Source: Octopus bimaculoides
Taxonomy: Eukaryota
Reading direction: 5' to 3'
Length of the DNA: 64,000 nucleotides
Assembly: GCF_001194135.2 (NCBI RefSeq)
Contig: NC_068998.1
Span: forward strand, 40,548,487 to 40,612,486
The position numbers and the translations under genes are program-made. This document shows positions 1 through 15,000 of the stretch, piece after piece. A model generated the notes under the pieces. It was not told the origin of the DNA, searched no databases, and was given only the letters and a program-made list of their open reading frames with translations. The stretch's first letter is position 1; each line of letters opens with the position of its first letter.

Positions 1-12
1 GATAGATGTGTT

Positions 13-96
13 AAAAGCATCACTTTGCAAGAATTCCAGGACTACTTCAAATAGTGGAAAATGCATTTGGACTGATGCATTGCATCAAATGGTGAT
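13..96 (+). mobile_element. Mariner transposase C-terminal remnant
   Basis: KSITLQEFQDYFK*WKMHLD*CIASNGD, two in-frame stops. Confidence 0.55.
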
Positions 97-570
97 AAAA
101 AGTGTGAACAAGTAAAACTAAGTGAATAAAATAATATTGCAAAATTCCAGTTTCTTTTAGGTACCCTCTTGTATATTTTTTTACAAAATATAGATGCAGG
201 CATGACTGTTGGGTAAAGGAGTTTCACTTTGCAAACATGGTTTTGGGCTCAGTTCTACTGTGTGGAACCTAAGGTAAGTGTCTTCTTTATAGTTACAAAC
301 CAGCCAGTGAGTGGATATGATAGATGGAAACTGGGTAGCATGTTATATATACATGGATATTTATGGTACACAGCAACATTTCCTCTTTACAATAACCTCA
401 CATGAGAACTGATGTTGGTGTGTTTGCATCCCCATAACTTAACAGTTCGGCAAAAGAGACCGACAGAATAAGTACTAGACTTACAAAGAATAAGTCCAGG
501 GGTCGATTTGTTCAACTAAAGGTGGTGCTCCAGCATGGCTACTGTCAAATGACTGAAACAAGTAAAACAG

Positions 571-766
571 ATATATATATATTTTTATATAAAAATTGAT
601 TTTATTAAATATATATATTAAGTATATATATTTTTATATAAAAAATGATTTTATCAAATATATATACATATATTAAGTGTACATATATTTTTATATAAAA
701 AATGATTTTATTAAATATATATATTAAGTATATATATTTTCATATAAAAAATGATTTTATTAAAAA
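571..766. repeat. About 50-55-bp AT-rich tandem repeat, 4 units, just past the GALC stop
   Basis: Unit ATATATTTTTATATAAAAA(A)TGATTTTATTAAATATATATATTAAGT. Confidence 0.85.
756..761 (-). terminator. Candidate GALC polyadenylation signal AATAAA; further copies at 707-712 and 601-606
   Basis: tttatt on the plus strand about 50 nt past the stop codon; no transcript evidence available. Confidence 0.45.
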
Positions 767-812
767 CTTCTTTTCAAAAATAAATGTTTTCTTTCTTTTT
801 TATCACATCAAT

Positions 813-959
813 TCAAATTTCTTCAACAAAGAACATGTCAAAATCAGCAATGCCATAAGGATAAGTTCCAAGACCAACAAAACCAGGCTTTAGGTAGATG
901 TCCTCAACCGATGTACTAAATATGATTTTCTCATTAAGAAGTCCAATTACAATGTTACC
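813..959 (-). CDS. GALC: GALC exon 18, terminal ([11 protein letters not shown]...[24 protein letters not shown])
   Basis: ttttag|GGT ... TGA at 813-815; resembles the GALC C-terminus (GWAAIGT..F.FAQFDNF). Confidence 0.93.
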   Translation of the reverse strand, partial: GNIVIGLLNEKIIFSTSVEDIYLKPGFVGLGTYPYGIADFDMFFVEEI

Positions 960-1154
960 CTAAAAGAACGACAAGAAATTATTTCAATTAAAATGATAAG
1001 ATGATTAAAATTTAAAATTTAAACAAGAATCAACAAGACAAAGAAAATTATTTTAAAAAACTCACATACACACATATATCCACATACATATATATATGGA
1101 TGGATGGATGGATAGGTATAAATATATATGTACACATACACACACAAATGTACA

Positions 1155-1212
<58 letters not shown>

Positions 1213-1592
1213 AAATTTGATGAGTACACTATGTATGAAACCTTCGAAGGTTATAAAGGACACAGGTTCGTGTGTCACATAGCTAGCTAGAGGCGGTGGC
1301 CTCTTGGAGCTAATCCACGGCAGCATTCGTCCTATTTTTTGGACTGCCATGTTGGCTTGGCGATAACTATTAATATCCAGTACCGCTGCCGTAGTCTCCT
1401 TTAGAGAGACTTAGAAACATNNNNNNNNNNNNNNNNNNNNNNNNNNNNNNNNNNNNNNNNNNNNNNNNNNNNNNNNNNNNNNNNNNNNNNNNNNNNNNNN
1501 NNNNNNNNNNNNNNNNNNNNNNNNNNNNNNNNNNNNNNNNNNNNNNNNNNNNNNNNNNNNNNNNNNNNNNNNNNNNNNNNNNNNNNNNNNNN

Positions 1593-1636
<44 letters not shown>

Positions 1637-4600
1637 CTTTGACAAGAGAATTGATAGCTTCTAAAATCCTTGACTAAAGATCTTCATTAATCCTTCTCTC
1701 TCTGGAGACAGAATAAATAGTCCACTAATATATGGAAAGCCATTCTTCATCTGCCAAGAAATGCACCATATACCCCATATGTGCATCCATTCTGGCAACA
1801 GTTGTGACAGGCTATCTACACACCTTATTTCTACGATACACTCTAATCTATACTAACAACTCTATTGTAAAAACTTCACAATAATGTTTAGATATATAAA
1901 TTCCCTGCTCTAAACTGATACCAGTTGTTTGCTTGTTCATTCTTTCCTTCTACTGTACATGTACCCATTCATTGTATGCATCTATGATGTACATACATCT
2001 TGTCTGTAGGTAAGTACAGATGTAGATATATACATGTATACTGTGTCTATTGAGATTCTGTTTTTACAGAATTAAAGTGCTTTGTCACACACAACTTCAG
2101 TAGTGAAGTTAACCCTTCACTGAGGAGATCAAATAAATTTCCACAATTGACTCCATACTTACTTCGATGATTTAAGTAATATCAATCTTTGGACTAATAT
2201 TGTCTATTTCTCACTGGATAACTATTTTTAATTAAATTTCCAATGGGTAATACATTAAATATGTTTATGCTAACTTAACTATATAATTTTTGTATTTGGT
2301 TCGCAAGATTCTTTATGTGAATTCATGTGTCCCCAAACACAACAAAACTCAACTATAGTTTTTCATACAGATGGCATTTCTGAGAAATTAACCTCTTTAT
2401 TTCTTTAATTTTTAATTTGTCTTCCAAACTTGGGCAGACTGACGTTTGAAGACAGATTGGGTCGGTATGGTATTAGTAAATCAATTAAAGTTACACCTGC
2501 ACTGAGAAGAAAAACCATTAGCAGTAATGGAAATTTTTATCAAAGAAAGGAAGAGAAATAACTTTTTTACCTTCGTGTATAAACCAAGTTTGTTCCAATC
2601 AGGTTCTGTTTCAGAAATTGTACCGCTCAGGATAGCCTTACTTTTAGCTAGAATATAAATATGAAAAATCTCATACAAATGGAGGAAAGAGATTAAGAAA
2701 TAACTATGTCTATGCAACTTATACTTCAACGATATTTTTGCTGTATCTTATCTATAAAAGGCAGATTTTCTCTGTGTGTGTGTGTGTATGTTTAAAATTC
2801 ATACATTTACACAATTCCAAATTTCTTGGATTAAAGAATCGCAATTAATATTCTAAATACAATTTGTTAGGTCACTGCGTCATTTTTTCACTCAAAATAA
2901 TTCCTAATAACGAATAAAATCCATAAAACTACACAAGTAAATATTTTCCCCACTAATAAAATCTAATTTCCTCTTTCTACAAATCCTATACATATATACA
3001 ACAGGCTTCTTTCAGTTTCCGTCTACCAAATCCACTCACAAGGCTTTGGTCGGCCTGAGGCTATAGTAGAAGACACTTGCCCAAGGTGCCACGCAGTGGG
3101 ACTGAACCCGGAACCCTGTGGTTGGTAAGCAGGCTACTTACCACACAGCCATTCCTGCGCCTATAATGGGGTTTTTTTTTTTCAGTTAAATTGGTGCTCG
3201 TTCCACAACATGACAAAAGGTTGATTATTAGAAACAATTACAATCAAAATATTTTAATTTAAACATAGATACTTAAAACAAGCAGCTTTATATCATAAGA
3301 AGCAATGGCAGTCTTAAGAAGGTCAATATGGCAATGTTTTTTTTTTTAAGTGGGTAAAATACATACCTATATCTCCATACAAATGATAGGTCTTGTTTAT
3401 AGGATCAACGAAAAAAAAGACCCCACGAGATGACAATGTGGAACAACCTCCTTGGCTGACACGTGCAGCAATAAAAACCTCCTTGCTACCATTCACTTTT
3501 CCAATACGTGCTTTTACTGACACAAAGGTGTCGACCCTGAGGAGAAAAAAAAATATCAAACAGAAAAGAACAGCAATGGTTTTTCTTTGGTTTTTTTTTT
3601 CCATGATAGCACATGAATGAAGCTCCTTTATAAAAGGTTACAAATAAAAAGATAAGATATAATTCTTGACTGCTACTGATTTTATTGACCCTGGATGGAG
3701 CAAAGGCAATCTTAGTTCTGGTGGGATTTGAACTCAGAGTTTAAATACAGGCTACAACTAAATCTGCAAAGCATTTTGTCTGAAGCTCAACCACTTACTG
3801 CTTTTCCTATATTTCATGTACAAGATAGTTGATTAACTTTCCTTTCCCTCAGCATTTAACTTATTTTATCATGACTGTGGCATGCTGGGGCATTGCCTTG
3901 AAGGGTTTTAGTTAAACCCCACGACTTTTTTTAAACTTGTACTTATTCTATTGGACATCTTTTGCCAAACCACTAAGTTATGGAGATGTAAACACACCAA
4001 CACCAATTTTCAAGCGGTAGTGGGAGACAAACAGACACACACACACACACACACATGATATACTTCTTTCAGTTTCTGTCTACCTAATCCACTCACGAGG
4101 CTTTCATCAACCCCAGAATGATGAAAGGCAAAAATCAACCCAAACTGGCCCTTCTTGATAAAGATTTCTAGGAAATGTGTAAGACCTTAAATTAGGCAAG
4201 GAATGAGACGGGAATAGAGACCTGACTGGCACTTTACTTTATCAACCTCAGAAGGGTAAAAGGTAAATTTAACTTCACCAGGATTCCTTAACCCTTTCAT
4301 TACCAACCTGGCTGAAACCGGCTCTGGCTCTGAGTACAAATGTCTTGTTTTCATAAGTTTTGAATTAAAATCTTCCACCAAACCTTAGTCACAATTTATG
4401 TTCCTAACACTAGCTGAATGATAACTAAGTTATTTTACCAAATTCTTTGTTATATTTAAAGTAATTGAAAGAAACACAGAGCATCTCAAAATAAATACAG
4501 TAACGAAAGGGTTAATTCAGAAGATAAGATCCACAACTCAGGACGAAATGCTACTAATTCTTTCTATTTCAGACACAAGACCTGAAATTTTAGAGGAAGA

Positions 4601-6475
4601 GGTTAGTTAACTACATCATCCCCAGTATTTGACTGTTGCTTTATTCTATTGTCTCCAGAGAGATAAATGCAAAGTTGAACTCAGCAGGATTTGAACTCGA
4701 AACTTAGAGAACCAGACAAATCAACATGATTCTTTTTCAGTGCTCTACCAACTCATAGCCATTGGCTCTTTTAAATAATCACAATAGTAACATTGAGTGA
4801 AGAATTATCTTACCAAGCAGAACTGTTGCCAATCACTGTTATAGAAGTATTGCCATAATCAGCCAAACACCAAGCTACAGGTGATTCCAGAACCATCTGA
4901 CGCATCACTTTGTTGTATGGCTCACCCACTTGAACTACCTCAAAAGACCCAGTTTGTTGGGCAAAATTGTAAGGTTCAGCATAAAGAGGGAATCCTACAG
5001 AAAGAATAGATACATTTGAAATGGTCAGTAAAATAATATTCAAGGCCCAGAAGGATGAAAAGCAAAGTTGATTTCAGTGGGGTTTAAATTCAGAATGCGT
5101 GTGTGTGTTCAGGCATATACGAGTGTGTATGTGCATGTGTGTATATAAATCTGTGCATATGTGTGTCTGTGTACATGTGTGTATGCATATGTGCAAGTAA
5201 GTGCAGGTGTATGTGTGAAAGTAAATGTCGTCATAGTCATCATCATTTCAACATCCACTTTTTTATGTCTGCAGCCAGCCATAGTATGCATCATATAGGA
5301 GAGATATTAAACACTGGCGATACTTGTGCCTGAAATTTTTGAAAACGAGGGAAGTCCTTACTGAGGCATCAACTACTTTCTATAAAACGTATTTACATAA
5401 TTACATATATATATATATATATAAATACATATATACATTAGTAAAACATACAATTTTACACATGCAGATAAAATGGAATTGTTTGGAAACTCGTCTCGAA
5501 TATGCCGGGGCTTTTTCCTTTTGCTCTTATCTATATCGCTGACAACGAACGACCAATGACATAAATGCTGCACTTTGGCCACTTGCGACAGCTATAAAAA
5601 GAAAAGAATTTAGCAACACACATACCAAATGTCGTAAGAATATTCTAATTTTTCTGGACTATCTATTTGTTTATAAGGTTCAATGGCTGCTGAGATGATA
5701 AGAGTAGTTCTTCACGATTGGATCAACCGAGACATACTCCTTGTATTGTACCTGAATTATCAGTTCAAATTTGAGCTTCGTTGTTGACCTTTGGCTTTCT
5801 GAATGGCATATGTCAGACAGAACTCATTGAGGCAGGTTTTCTACAGCTGAACGTCCTGCTTCATGTTAACCCTTGCCTGTTTCCAAGCAACATAATATTT
5901 TCCCGTGACTGGACATGCTTTCAAGGAAAATTAGAAATGAATAACACCAATTATATGACAATGACACTTGATACAACTGATGGCGTAAACACACAAACAC
6001 ATACGTGTACGTATGCACACACACACATCTTTTATCTTTTACTTGTTTCAGTCATTAGACTGTGGCCATGCTGAGGCACCCTCTTGAGGAATTTTTAGTC
6101 GAATGAATCAATCCCAGTACTTATTTTTTCTAAGCCTTGTACTTATTCTATCAGACTTATTAGCTGAGCCATTAAGTTACAGTGACATAAACATACCAAC
6201 ACCTGTTGTCAAGTAGTGGGAAAAGGGACAAATACAGACACAAAGACACACACACATGCATAAAAGACAGATGTTAGATGATGATGATGATATATATGTA
6301 TATATATAAATATAGGTGCAGGAGTGGCTGTGTGGTAAGAAGCTTGCTTCCCAACCACATGGTTCTGGGTTCAGTCCCACTGTGGCATTTTGGGCAAGTG
6401 TCTTCTACTATAGCCTCAGGCTGACCAAAGCCTTGTGAGTGGATTTAGTAGACAGAAACTGAAAGAAGCCCGTCG

Positions 6476-6510
<35 letters not shown>

Positions 6511-8993
6511 GAAGGTATTTGTGTGTCTATTTTTGTCCTTCCACCATCGCTTGACAACCAATGTTGGTGTGTTTACGTCCCAGTAACTTAATGGTTCAGC
6601 AAAAGAAATCGATAGAATAAGTACTAGGCTTATAAAGAATAAGTTCTGAGGTCAATTTGTTCAACGAAAGGCAGCGCTCCAGTATGGCCACAGTCAAATG
6701 ACTTAAACAAGTAAAAAAATAAAAGAATATATATATATGACAGGCTTCTTTCAGCTTTTGTTTACCAAATCCACTCACATGGCTTTGTCTGGTTTGAGGC
6801 TTGGCATCTTTCAGTCTACATCAGCCAAATCCATTCACAAAGCTTTGGTCAGCCACACTGCCCTCCCCACCTGCCAAGGTGTTACACATGTTCAATGTAC
6901 TACACATGCTCAAGATGCCACACAGTGAGACTGAACCTGAAACCATGTAGTTGAAAAGCAAACTTCCTAACTACACAGCCTTACATGCAACTATGTACGC
7001 ATGTATATGTGTGTAGGCATGCATGTGTGCGTCAGTGCACGAAAGCACAGCAAATACTCACCTTCAAAATCTTCTGCATACATAGTAGGAAATGGAGCTG
7101 ATGGTGGAACGTTACCATATGGTTGTAGCTGGTCATGTTTGACTGTGGTCAGTGTAATCACTTGGTCAACTCCTAGTGTTAAGTTCACTTGACCATTTAT
7201 AACCTGAAAACCAACAATTGGAACCTTTTATACATGTGGAGATCATATGGGCAGGCTTTGGTAAATTGAATCACATCATGAGCAGTAATTTGCCCGTGTA
7301 TCTGAAAAAGTAAGGTCTTCAACCAGTGCGTGCTGCCTGCCATTATGGACTACCGACTAGAGCATTGAAATAAACTAAGATCAACACAAAGAGCCATGGA
7401 AAGGAGAATGATGAAGATTAACAAAATGAATAACTGGAGAAACAACAGGATAAGAGTGGCAGCAAGTTTAAAGAATATTATCTGGAAAATAAAAAAAAAA
7501 CCTTGAAATGGTCTTCCACAGTACATGGGTTTAGAAGGAAGGACAATAGTTGGAATAGCAAATTGACAGAGTAGTTACCATCATCATCATCATCATTTAG
7601 CATCCATTTTCTATGCTGGGTTAGATGGTTTAAATGGAACTGGTAAGCCAGAGAGCTGCACCAGGCTCCAGCCTGTTTTGGCTTGGTTTCTACAGCTGGG
7701 TGCCTTTCCTATGTCAACCACTTTACAGACTGTGCTGGATGCTTTTACGTGGCACCGCACCGGTGCTTTTATGTGGCACCATGCGGGTGCTTTTACGTGG
7801 CACTGCACGGGCACTTTTACATGATGCCACACAGACGCTTTGACGTGTCACTGCCCATGTCTTATAGTATTTGTTCTGGCTCTTTCCATTGAGCTCTTTG
7901 GTAAAACCAAGTGAAACTATTGCCCTGTTTAAAACCACTGATTGATCCTTGATTACCTTTAGCAGTGCTCACTCTATTGTAAGCTCAGGCCATTTCTCCA
8001 GCTTTAAGAAAACGAAAGTCCATAAACTGCTCCTCTTTCCCTCTCTGACTAAGTAGTAAAATTAAGAAAGCAAAGGAAGAGTCACAGGTTCTTGAAATGA
8101 GTGGGTGTTCTTGGTTAGGTCTGGTTCTCCCAGACAGAAAGGTGACAGAGGAAGGCGGTGGCAGCGATTGCAGTCGTAGTGATAGCGATAGTCCACTTTG
8201 AACTAATTGCAAAATTAGTGAGAAATACACCAGCAGAAGCCTCTAGAAGAAAATAAACAACAGCCAAAAGATGACAGATAAGTCACTATATAATAATAAG
8301 GAAAAATGTCTCAGAACTTACCGGAATTGGTTTCTGCTGTTGGAACAGCACAGATGGTTTCTGGGTGAAGCTTAATTCACTGAACCAGATGTAGAATTGT
8401 TTGACAAAGCTCTGTAAAAAATACATATGTGTATATGTTTATATATGTGTATGTATGTATATATGTATGTATATATATGTATGTATGTATATATATATAT
8501 GTATGTATGTATGCATATATGTATATATATGTATATATATATATATATATACAAGGTGGTATCAAATATATATATAAAGGTGCAGGCATGGGTGCATGAT
8601 AAAAAGCTTGTTTCCCAACCACATAGTTCCAAGTTCAGTCTCACTGCGTGGCACCTTGGGCAAGTATCTTCTACTATAGTGTTGGGTCGACCAAAACCTT
8701 GTGAGTTGATTTAGAAGACAGAAACTGAAAGAAGCCCATCATATATATATATATGTATCTGTATATATATATATATTTATACATATGTGTGTCTGTATGT
8801 CTTTATTTGTTGCCCCCACCCATCACTGCTTGACAACTGGTGTTGGTGTGTTTACATCCCCATAACTTAACAATTTGACCAAAGAGACCAGTAGGCTAAG
8901 TACTAGGCTTAATAAATAAGTCCTGAGATCAATTTGTTTGACTAAAATCCTTCAGGATGGTGCTCCATCATGGCTGCAGTTAAACAACTAAAT

Positions 8994-9041
<48 letters not shown>

Positions 9042-12000
9042 GTATATGATAGGCTTCTTTCAGTTCCATCTATTAAATCCACTCACAAGATTTCAGCCAG
9101 CCCATAGTAGAAGACTCATTCTTGTGTCTGGTTGTGTGTTATTTATGAAGTATATACACAAATAAAACTAGTCAACTCACAAATGAACTGTCCAGTTGGA
9201 TGGTCACATTCTGGGGTTCAACTGTGTACTTAGGGAGGGCTGGTCGAATACATTGGGAATGGTTGTGGCTCTGTAATGGAAAAAAACATGGTCAGTAATA
9301 CATAGATGTATGACGGTAAGTTAATATGTAGGTCAGTACGTACATACATACATAGGTGGGCAAGTAGGTAGGTAGGTAGGGAGGGAGGGAGGGAAACATG
9401 TAGGTATATGGGTGGGTAGGTGTGTAGCTAGATAGTGAGTAGGTATATTAGAAGGAAAGTAGATATGTAAGCTGGTGAGTGGCCAGGAGGTAGGTAGATA
9501 TACAGGCAGGTATATAGGTACATAGATAGATGGATAGATTGGTAAGTAGGTATGTAGCTAGCTAGCTAATGGCTAGATATATAGGTAGGTAGGTGGCTAG
9601 CTAAGTTGGTAGATATATGGGTACATAGTTTGGCACAGTACACCACAATGTGGTGGTGGTCATTGTTGTCATCATCATCGTCGCCATCAAATGAAACAAA
9701 AAAACTGTTTTAAATAGAGAATTTATTTGCATAAAAATAAAAACATAAAACTTATTACTTTGAAAATGGTGAATACCATTATTTTTATATAATAAACTTT
9801 ACATTAAATTTTATTTAAAAAAAAATTCTTTACCTTGCCGAAATCTACAAGCTTTTTTCATGAAACCACTGTTATGTTGATAAAGTCTTAACTATCTGGA
9901 ACATGTCCATTGTTGTCCTGTGCTTGCAAACAAAGATCAGGCTGTCCTTTCCCTATTTGACTACAGCTACTAGAGCACAGTGGAGGCGCAATGGCCCAGT
10001 GGTTAGGGCAGCGGACTCGCGGTCATGAGCAAAAACACCTAAAGCTCCACGGGGCTCCTCCAGGGGATGGTAGCGAACCCTGCTGTACTCTTTCACCAAA
10101 ACTTTCTCTCACTCTTTCTTCCTGTTTCTGTTGTGCCTGTAATTCAAAGGGTCAGCCTTGTCACACTGTGTCACGCTGAATGTCCCCGAGAACTACGTTA
10201 AGGGTACACGTGTCTGTGGAGTGCTCAGCCACTTGCACGTTAATTTCATGAGCAGGCTGTTCCGTTGATCGGATCAACTAGAACCCTCGACATCGTAAGC
10301 GATGGAGTGCCAACAACAACTAGAGCACAATATTGTTCATTTACTTAGGACTGATCTCATCACTATTTTGTAATGTATGATGAAGAATATAGTTTCAGGA
10401 TGAGGTCATTATAAGACTGAAACATCTCTGGAGTTGTCTCCCATACTTGCCAAAAATTATTGAAATAATTTTAGTCATAAACTATATTGTTTATTTCCCC
10501 ACTATGTAATTATTTCCAATTAGCTTTTTAAAAATACCTAACACTAAATATGTTAACAATCCATCTATCCACTCAAACCTACTCACTTGTCCATCCACCC
10601 ATCAACCTATCTATTGACTTTCTCTCTCTCTCTCTCTTTTATCTATCAACTCTCTCTTATCTCTCCCTCTCCCTCTCTCTCTATCGACTCTATCAGCTCT
10701 CTCTCATTATTTACTGACTATTTCCCTCTCTATCTATATATATATATATATATATCAATTTACATATGAACTCTACTGTCCGCCCACCCTTTATACCTAC
10801 CTACCTTTTTTTATCTACCTACATGCCTACTCACCTACTTTCCTATTTCCCTACCTCCTATCTATCTAACTACTATCTATCTATCTATCTATCTTTCTAT
10901 TTTATTCTTTCATCACATAATTATTTCTAATTAACATTTTAAAGGTCAATGCATTGATAAATACGCTAATGATAATATAAGAAACAGAAGACAACAGTGC
11001 TTACCATAGTCTCAATGACAATAGTCAAATCCTTGCCACTAGGACTCACTAGAGATACATAACTCCCACCTTTTTTTAATTTGCCAACACCATTGTCATG
11101 TTTTAAATATTTCCATCCAATACCAGCAAAATGTGTTGTATGTGCTACAAGAGAGAAAATAAAAGAACATGGCTGTTATTGATGTCATTATTAGCTTTTT
11201 TGTTGTCAAGGCACACTGGACAAAATACTTAGCAGTATTTCTTCCAGTTATATTTTTTGAGTTCAACTTTGCCTTTCATTCTTTAGGTCAACAATGTGTT
11301 ATCTTTTACTTATTCTAGTCATTGCACTGCAACCATGTTGGGACATCACCTTGATGGGTTTAGCTGAACAAGCTGACTCCAGTAATTGTTTGGTTTAAAG
11401 TTTGGTACTTATTCTATTAGTCTCTTTTACAGAACTGCTACGTTGCAGGGATGTAAACAAACAAAGACCCGTTGTGAGCACAGTGTGTGGTGGGGACAGG
11501 CAAATACTAAGCTATACACACATACACATACATAAATATATATAAATATATATATATGCATATAAATATATATATATGCATATAAATATATAATATATAT
11601 ATATATATATACATACACATCCATCCATGGACCCACTTGTCCATCCATCAATCCATTCATTAACCTATCTATTGACTCTGCCTCTTGACTCTCTCTCTAT
11701 TGACTCAGACACTTTTCTGCTTAAAAATATTTGTAAGATCTGCAGGAGAGGTTGTTTGTCAAGAGCAGGACTTGCTAGTCATAAGATCTCATGACAGTAT
11801 TTATTAATTGAAGAGATGACCTTCTTCCATACAGAAGTGGCAATTATCATATATACACATACATATATGTATGTATATGTGTGTGTATATATATATATAT
11901 ATATATCTACACACACACATACATATATACCTGCATGACCTCAAGAGGAGGAATAAGAAGTACTATCTTGAATGGTCAATCTTATCTAGAACCCCCCAAT

Positions 12001-15000
12001 TTAGGGCTAATATTAGCAAGTGCTTATTATGCATTAGGGAATCCCTTTCCATTCTTAGGTCTTTTGGGCCGAAAACCTTGAATAAGTTTATCGAGGTAAT
12101 CCCTTTTTGCAATCATAAATTTTCCTCCACCTTCCTAAAACTATATAAAAACAGAAATAAGAACAAAAATAATAGTATTAGTAGTGGTAATAATGGTAGT
12201 AATGATGATAGTAATGGTAATGATAGAAATAAAAATTAAAATAAAAAGACAAAAATATTGATNNNNNNNNNNNNNNNNNNNNNNNNNNNNNNNNNNNNNN
12301 NNNNNNNNNNNNNNNNNNNNNNNNNNNNNNNNNNNNNNNNNNNNNNNNNNNNNNNNNNNNNNNNNNNNNNNNNNNNNNNNNNNNNNNNNNNNNNNNNNNN
12401 NNNNNNNNNNNNNNNNNNNNNNNNNNNNNNNNNNNNNNNNNNNNNNNNNNNNNNNNNNNNNNNNNNNNNNNNNNNNNNNNNNNNNNNNNNNNNNNNNNNN
12501 NNNNNNNNNNNNNNNNNNNNNNNNNNNNNNNNNNNNNNNNNNNNNNNNNNNNNNNNNNNNNNNNNNNNNNNNNNNNNNNNNNNNNNNNNNNNNNNNNNNN
12601 NNNNNNNNNNNNNNNNNNNNNNNNNNNNNNNNNNNNNNNNNNNNNNNNNNNNNNNNNNNNNNNNNNNNNNNNNNNNNNNNNNNNNNNNNNNNNNNNNNNN
12701 ACTATTTATCTTGAACTTCTTTTGTTGGCCTCAGCGAATGAACTGTTGTGCTACGTCTCCCTATGTATTATTTTTTTTCTCTATATTTTTTCTATATATA
12801 TATATTTTTTTTTATTCTACTGTAATTGTACCGGTCTCTAATATTTTTAATCAACTTTTAATCGCAGTTTATTTATTTATTTATATTATTCTATTGTATT
12901 TTTAATCGATTTTTTTATTCTTATGTATAAAAAATTTGACTTCCCTTTACTAATTTGGTTTTGTGGTCTATGTTGTACTTCTTATATGTGGTCATTGATG
13001 GGCTACGGCTTTTTGAGTCGATGACCTAATGGTTTTATTCTGCAATTAACTTTGTATATATATATATACCAAAGTAAGCACGTAAATGTAAGACAAGGTA
13101 GGAAAAAATAGTACTCGAATACAGCATAATCTACATGATAAATAATATGTGCATAGAAAATTTCATTAAAAAATATTCATTTTTCTGAAAGTTATGACCT
13201 TCCAAAATCGGGGGGTGGGTACAACTCTGTAGTTATGCCCTCGAATACCAGAGGTAGAGTAATATTGTAGTAAATCAAGGGGGCAAACTGTCAGAAACGT
13301 TAGCACGCCGGCCGAAATGCTTAGCGGTATTTCGTCTGTCTTTACGTTCTAAGTTCAAATTCCGCCGAGGTCAACTTTGGCTTTCATCCTTTCGGGGTCG
13401 ATAAATTAAGTACCAGTTGCGTACTGAGGTCGATCTAATCGACTGGTCCCCTCCCCCAAAATTTCGGGTCTTGGGGTCTTGTGCCTAAAGTAGAAAAGAA
13501 TGTTATAGTAAATCGTAGAATTAGCTCCCTTCGCATGAAAGTTCAGTGAGTGAGCTCCCTTGATTGTAACTAATTATCACATGCATGTTTGAAAGCTTCT
13601 AAGATTTGAGCTACAAGAATGTTCTGGAAAACTCCAGCATTCTCTTTATAAAATCAGCTCGCAAACCCAGAGATTTACTCTTAGCCATTCTCCACTTGGA
13701 GCCAGTCACGTCGTCGCTGTATCATATTCTTTTCTTCTCTTTTATTACATTTCTGCTTTTTCCTGCAAAGACTATCTAATTCTACTATTTATAAAACTAA
13801 TTTTCATATTTTGTAATATTTGATTTAAGTAACTAAACTTTGTAATTCAGAGAAAATTAAACATATTTTTAATTAGCAATTTGTAGGTTTATTTCCTTCC
13901 TTCTTTTGTACAAGAAATTTCGTTACTCTGCCACACGCAGCTAGAACTCAAATTGTAATGATCTATATCTTTCCACCGTGGAGGCGCAATGGCCCAGTGG
14001 TCAGGGCAGCGGACTCACGGTCATAGGATCGCGGTTTCGATTCCCAGACCGGGCGTTGTGAGTGTTTATTGAGCGAAAACACCTAAAGCTCCACGAGGCT
14101 CCAGCAGGGGATGGTGGCGAACCCTGCNNNNNNNNNNTTTATTGAGCGAAAACACCTAAAGCTCCACGAGGCTCCAGCAGGGGATGGTGGCGAACCCTGC
14201 TGTACTCTTTCACCACAACTTTTTCTCACTCTTATTTCCTGTTTCTGTTGTGCCTGTAATTCAAAGGGTCAGCCTTTTCACACTGTCATGCTGAATATCC
14301 CTGAGAACTGAGTTAAGGGTACACGTGTCTGTGGAGTGCTCAGCCACTTGCACGTTAATTTCACGAGCAGGCTGTTCCGTTGGTCGGATCAACTGGAACC
14401 CTCGATGTCGTATGCAACGGAGTGCCAACAATATCTTTCCACCAAACTATCTACTGACACATTTGGAATTGTTTTCTTCTCATTGGTCCTTTCAACTGAT
14501 GTTTTTTTTTTTCTTATCATTGATAATAGGTTTAAAATCATATCATGTGAAATCGAAGAAAACCTTAAATCAAAAATCAAATTTTTTAAAATAACTGTAG
14601 TTAGAAGGAAAACCTATATAACCAGAATAAATTAATTAATGGTAAAATGAACCTAGAGTGAGGGTGTGAAGAACAACAGGTATTTCAGGTTCAAAGGGTT
14701 AACCATATGCCCATGTCTGCATCTGAGCTTTGTGTGAAAAGCGAAAAGTTATATTGCTTGCAACTGGAACACCTATGACTATATAGGTCTACTGTTTCGT
14801 AAAGCAGACAAATGATGAATGATATTCCATCCATTACCACTTTGACCATTTTTTTTTGAAGCACAGTGTACCTTAACACTATCCAGTGTGTTCTTCTTTA
14901 AGCCAGTAAAGTGAAATCTGAATAAATTTAGCTATTATTTCAAGCAGAGTGAGGACATTGGTACCAATGCTGGTTTTGTTGGTGTCATTTAACCCCAGCT

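Noticed and set aside
1048-1350. ORFs rich in YI, HT or CV dipeptides or poly-His/Ile/Asp (also 5103, 8372, 11427, 15540, 24274, 33550, 45238)
   Set aside because: Translations of (TA)n, (CA)n and (CAT)n microsatellites; no splice context or homology
1215-1420. GC-richer stretch in the last GALC intron as an extra exon
   Set aside because: The CDS is complete without it, no frame gives recognisable homology, and it runs into an N gap; probably an unidentified repeat
12258-12905. Long ORFs spanning N runs (also 28318, 34989-36085)
   Set aside because: Artefacts of translating gaps as X
13980-14055. tRNA-like heads resembling tRNA genes
   Set aside because: Each continues into a shared SINE body with a tail and TSD, and the cloverleaf is incomplete
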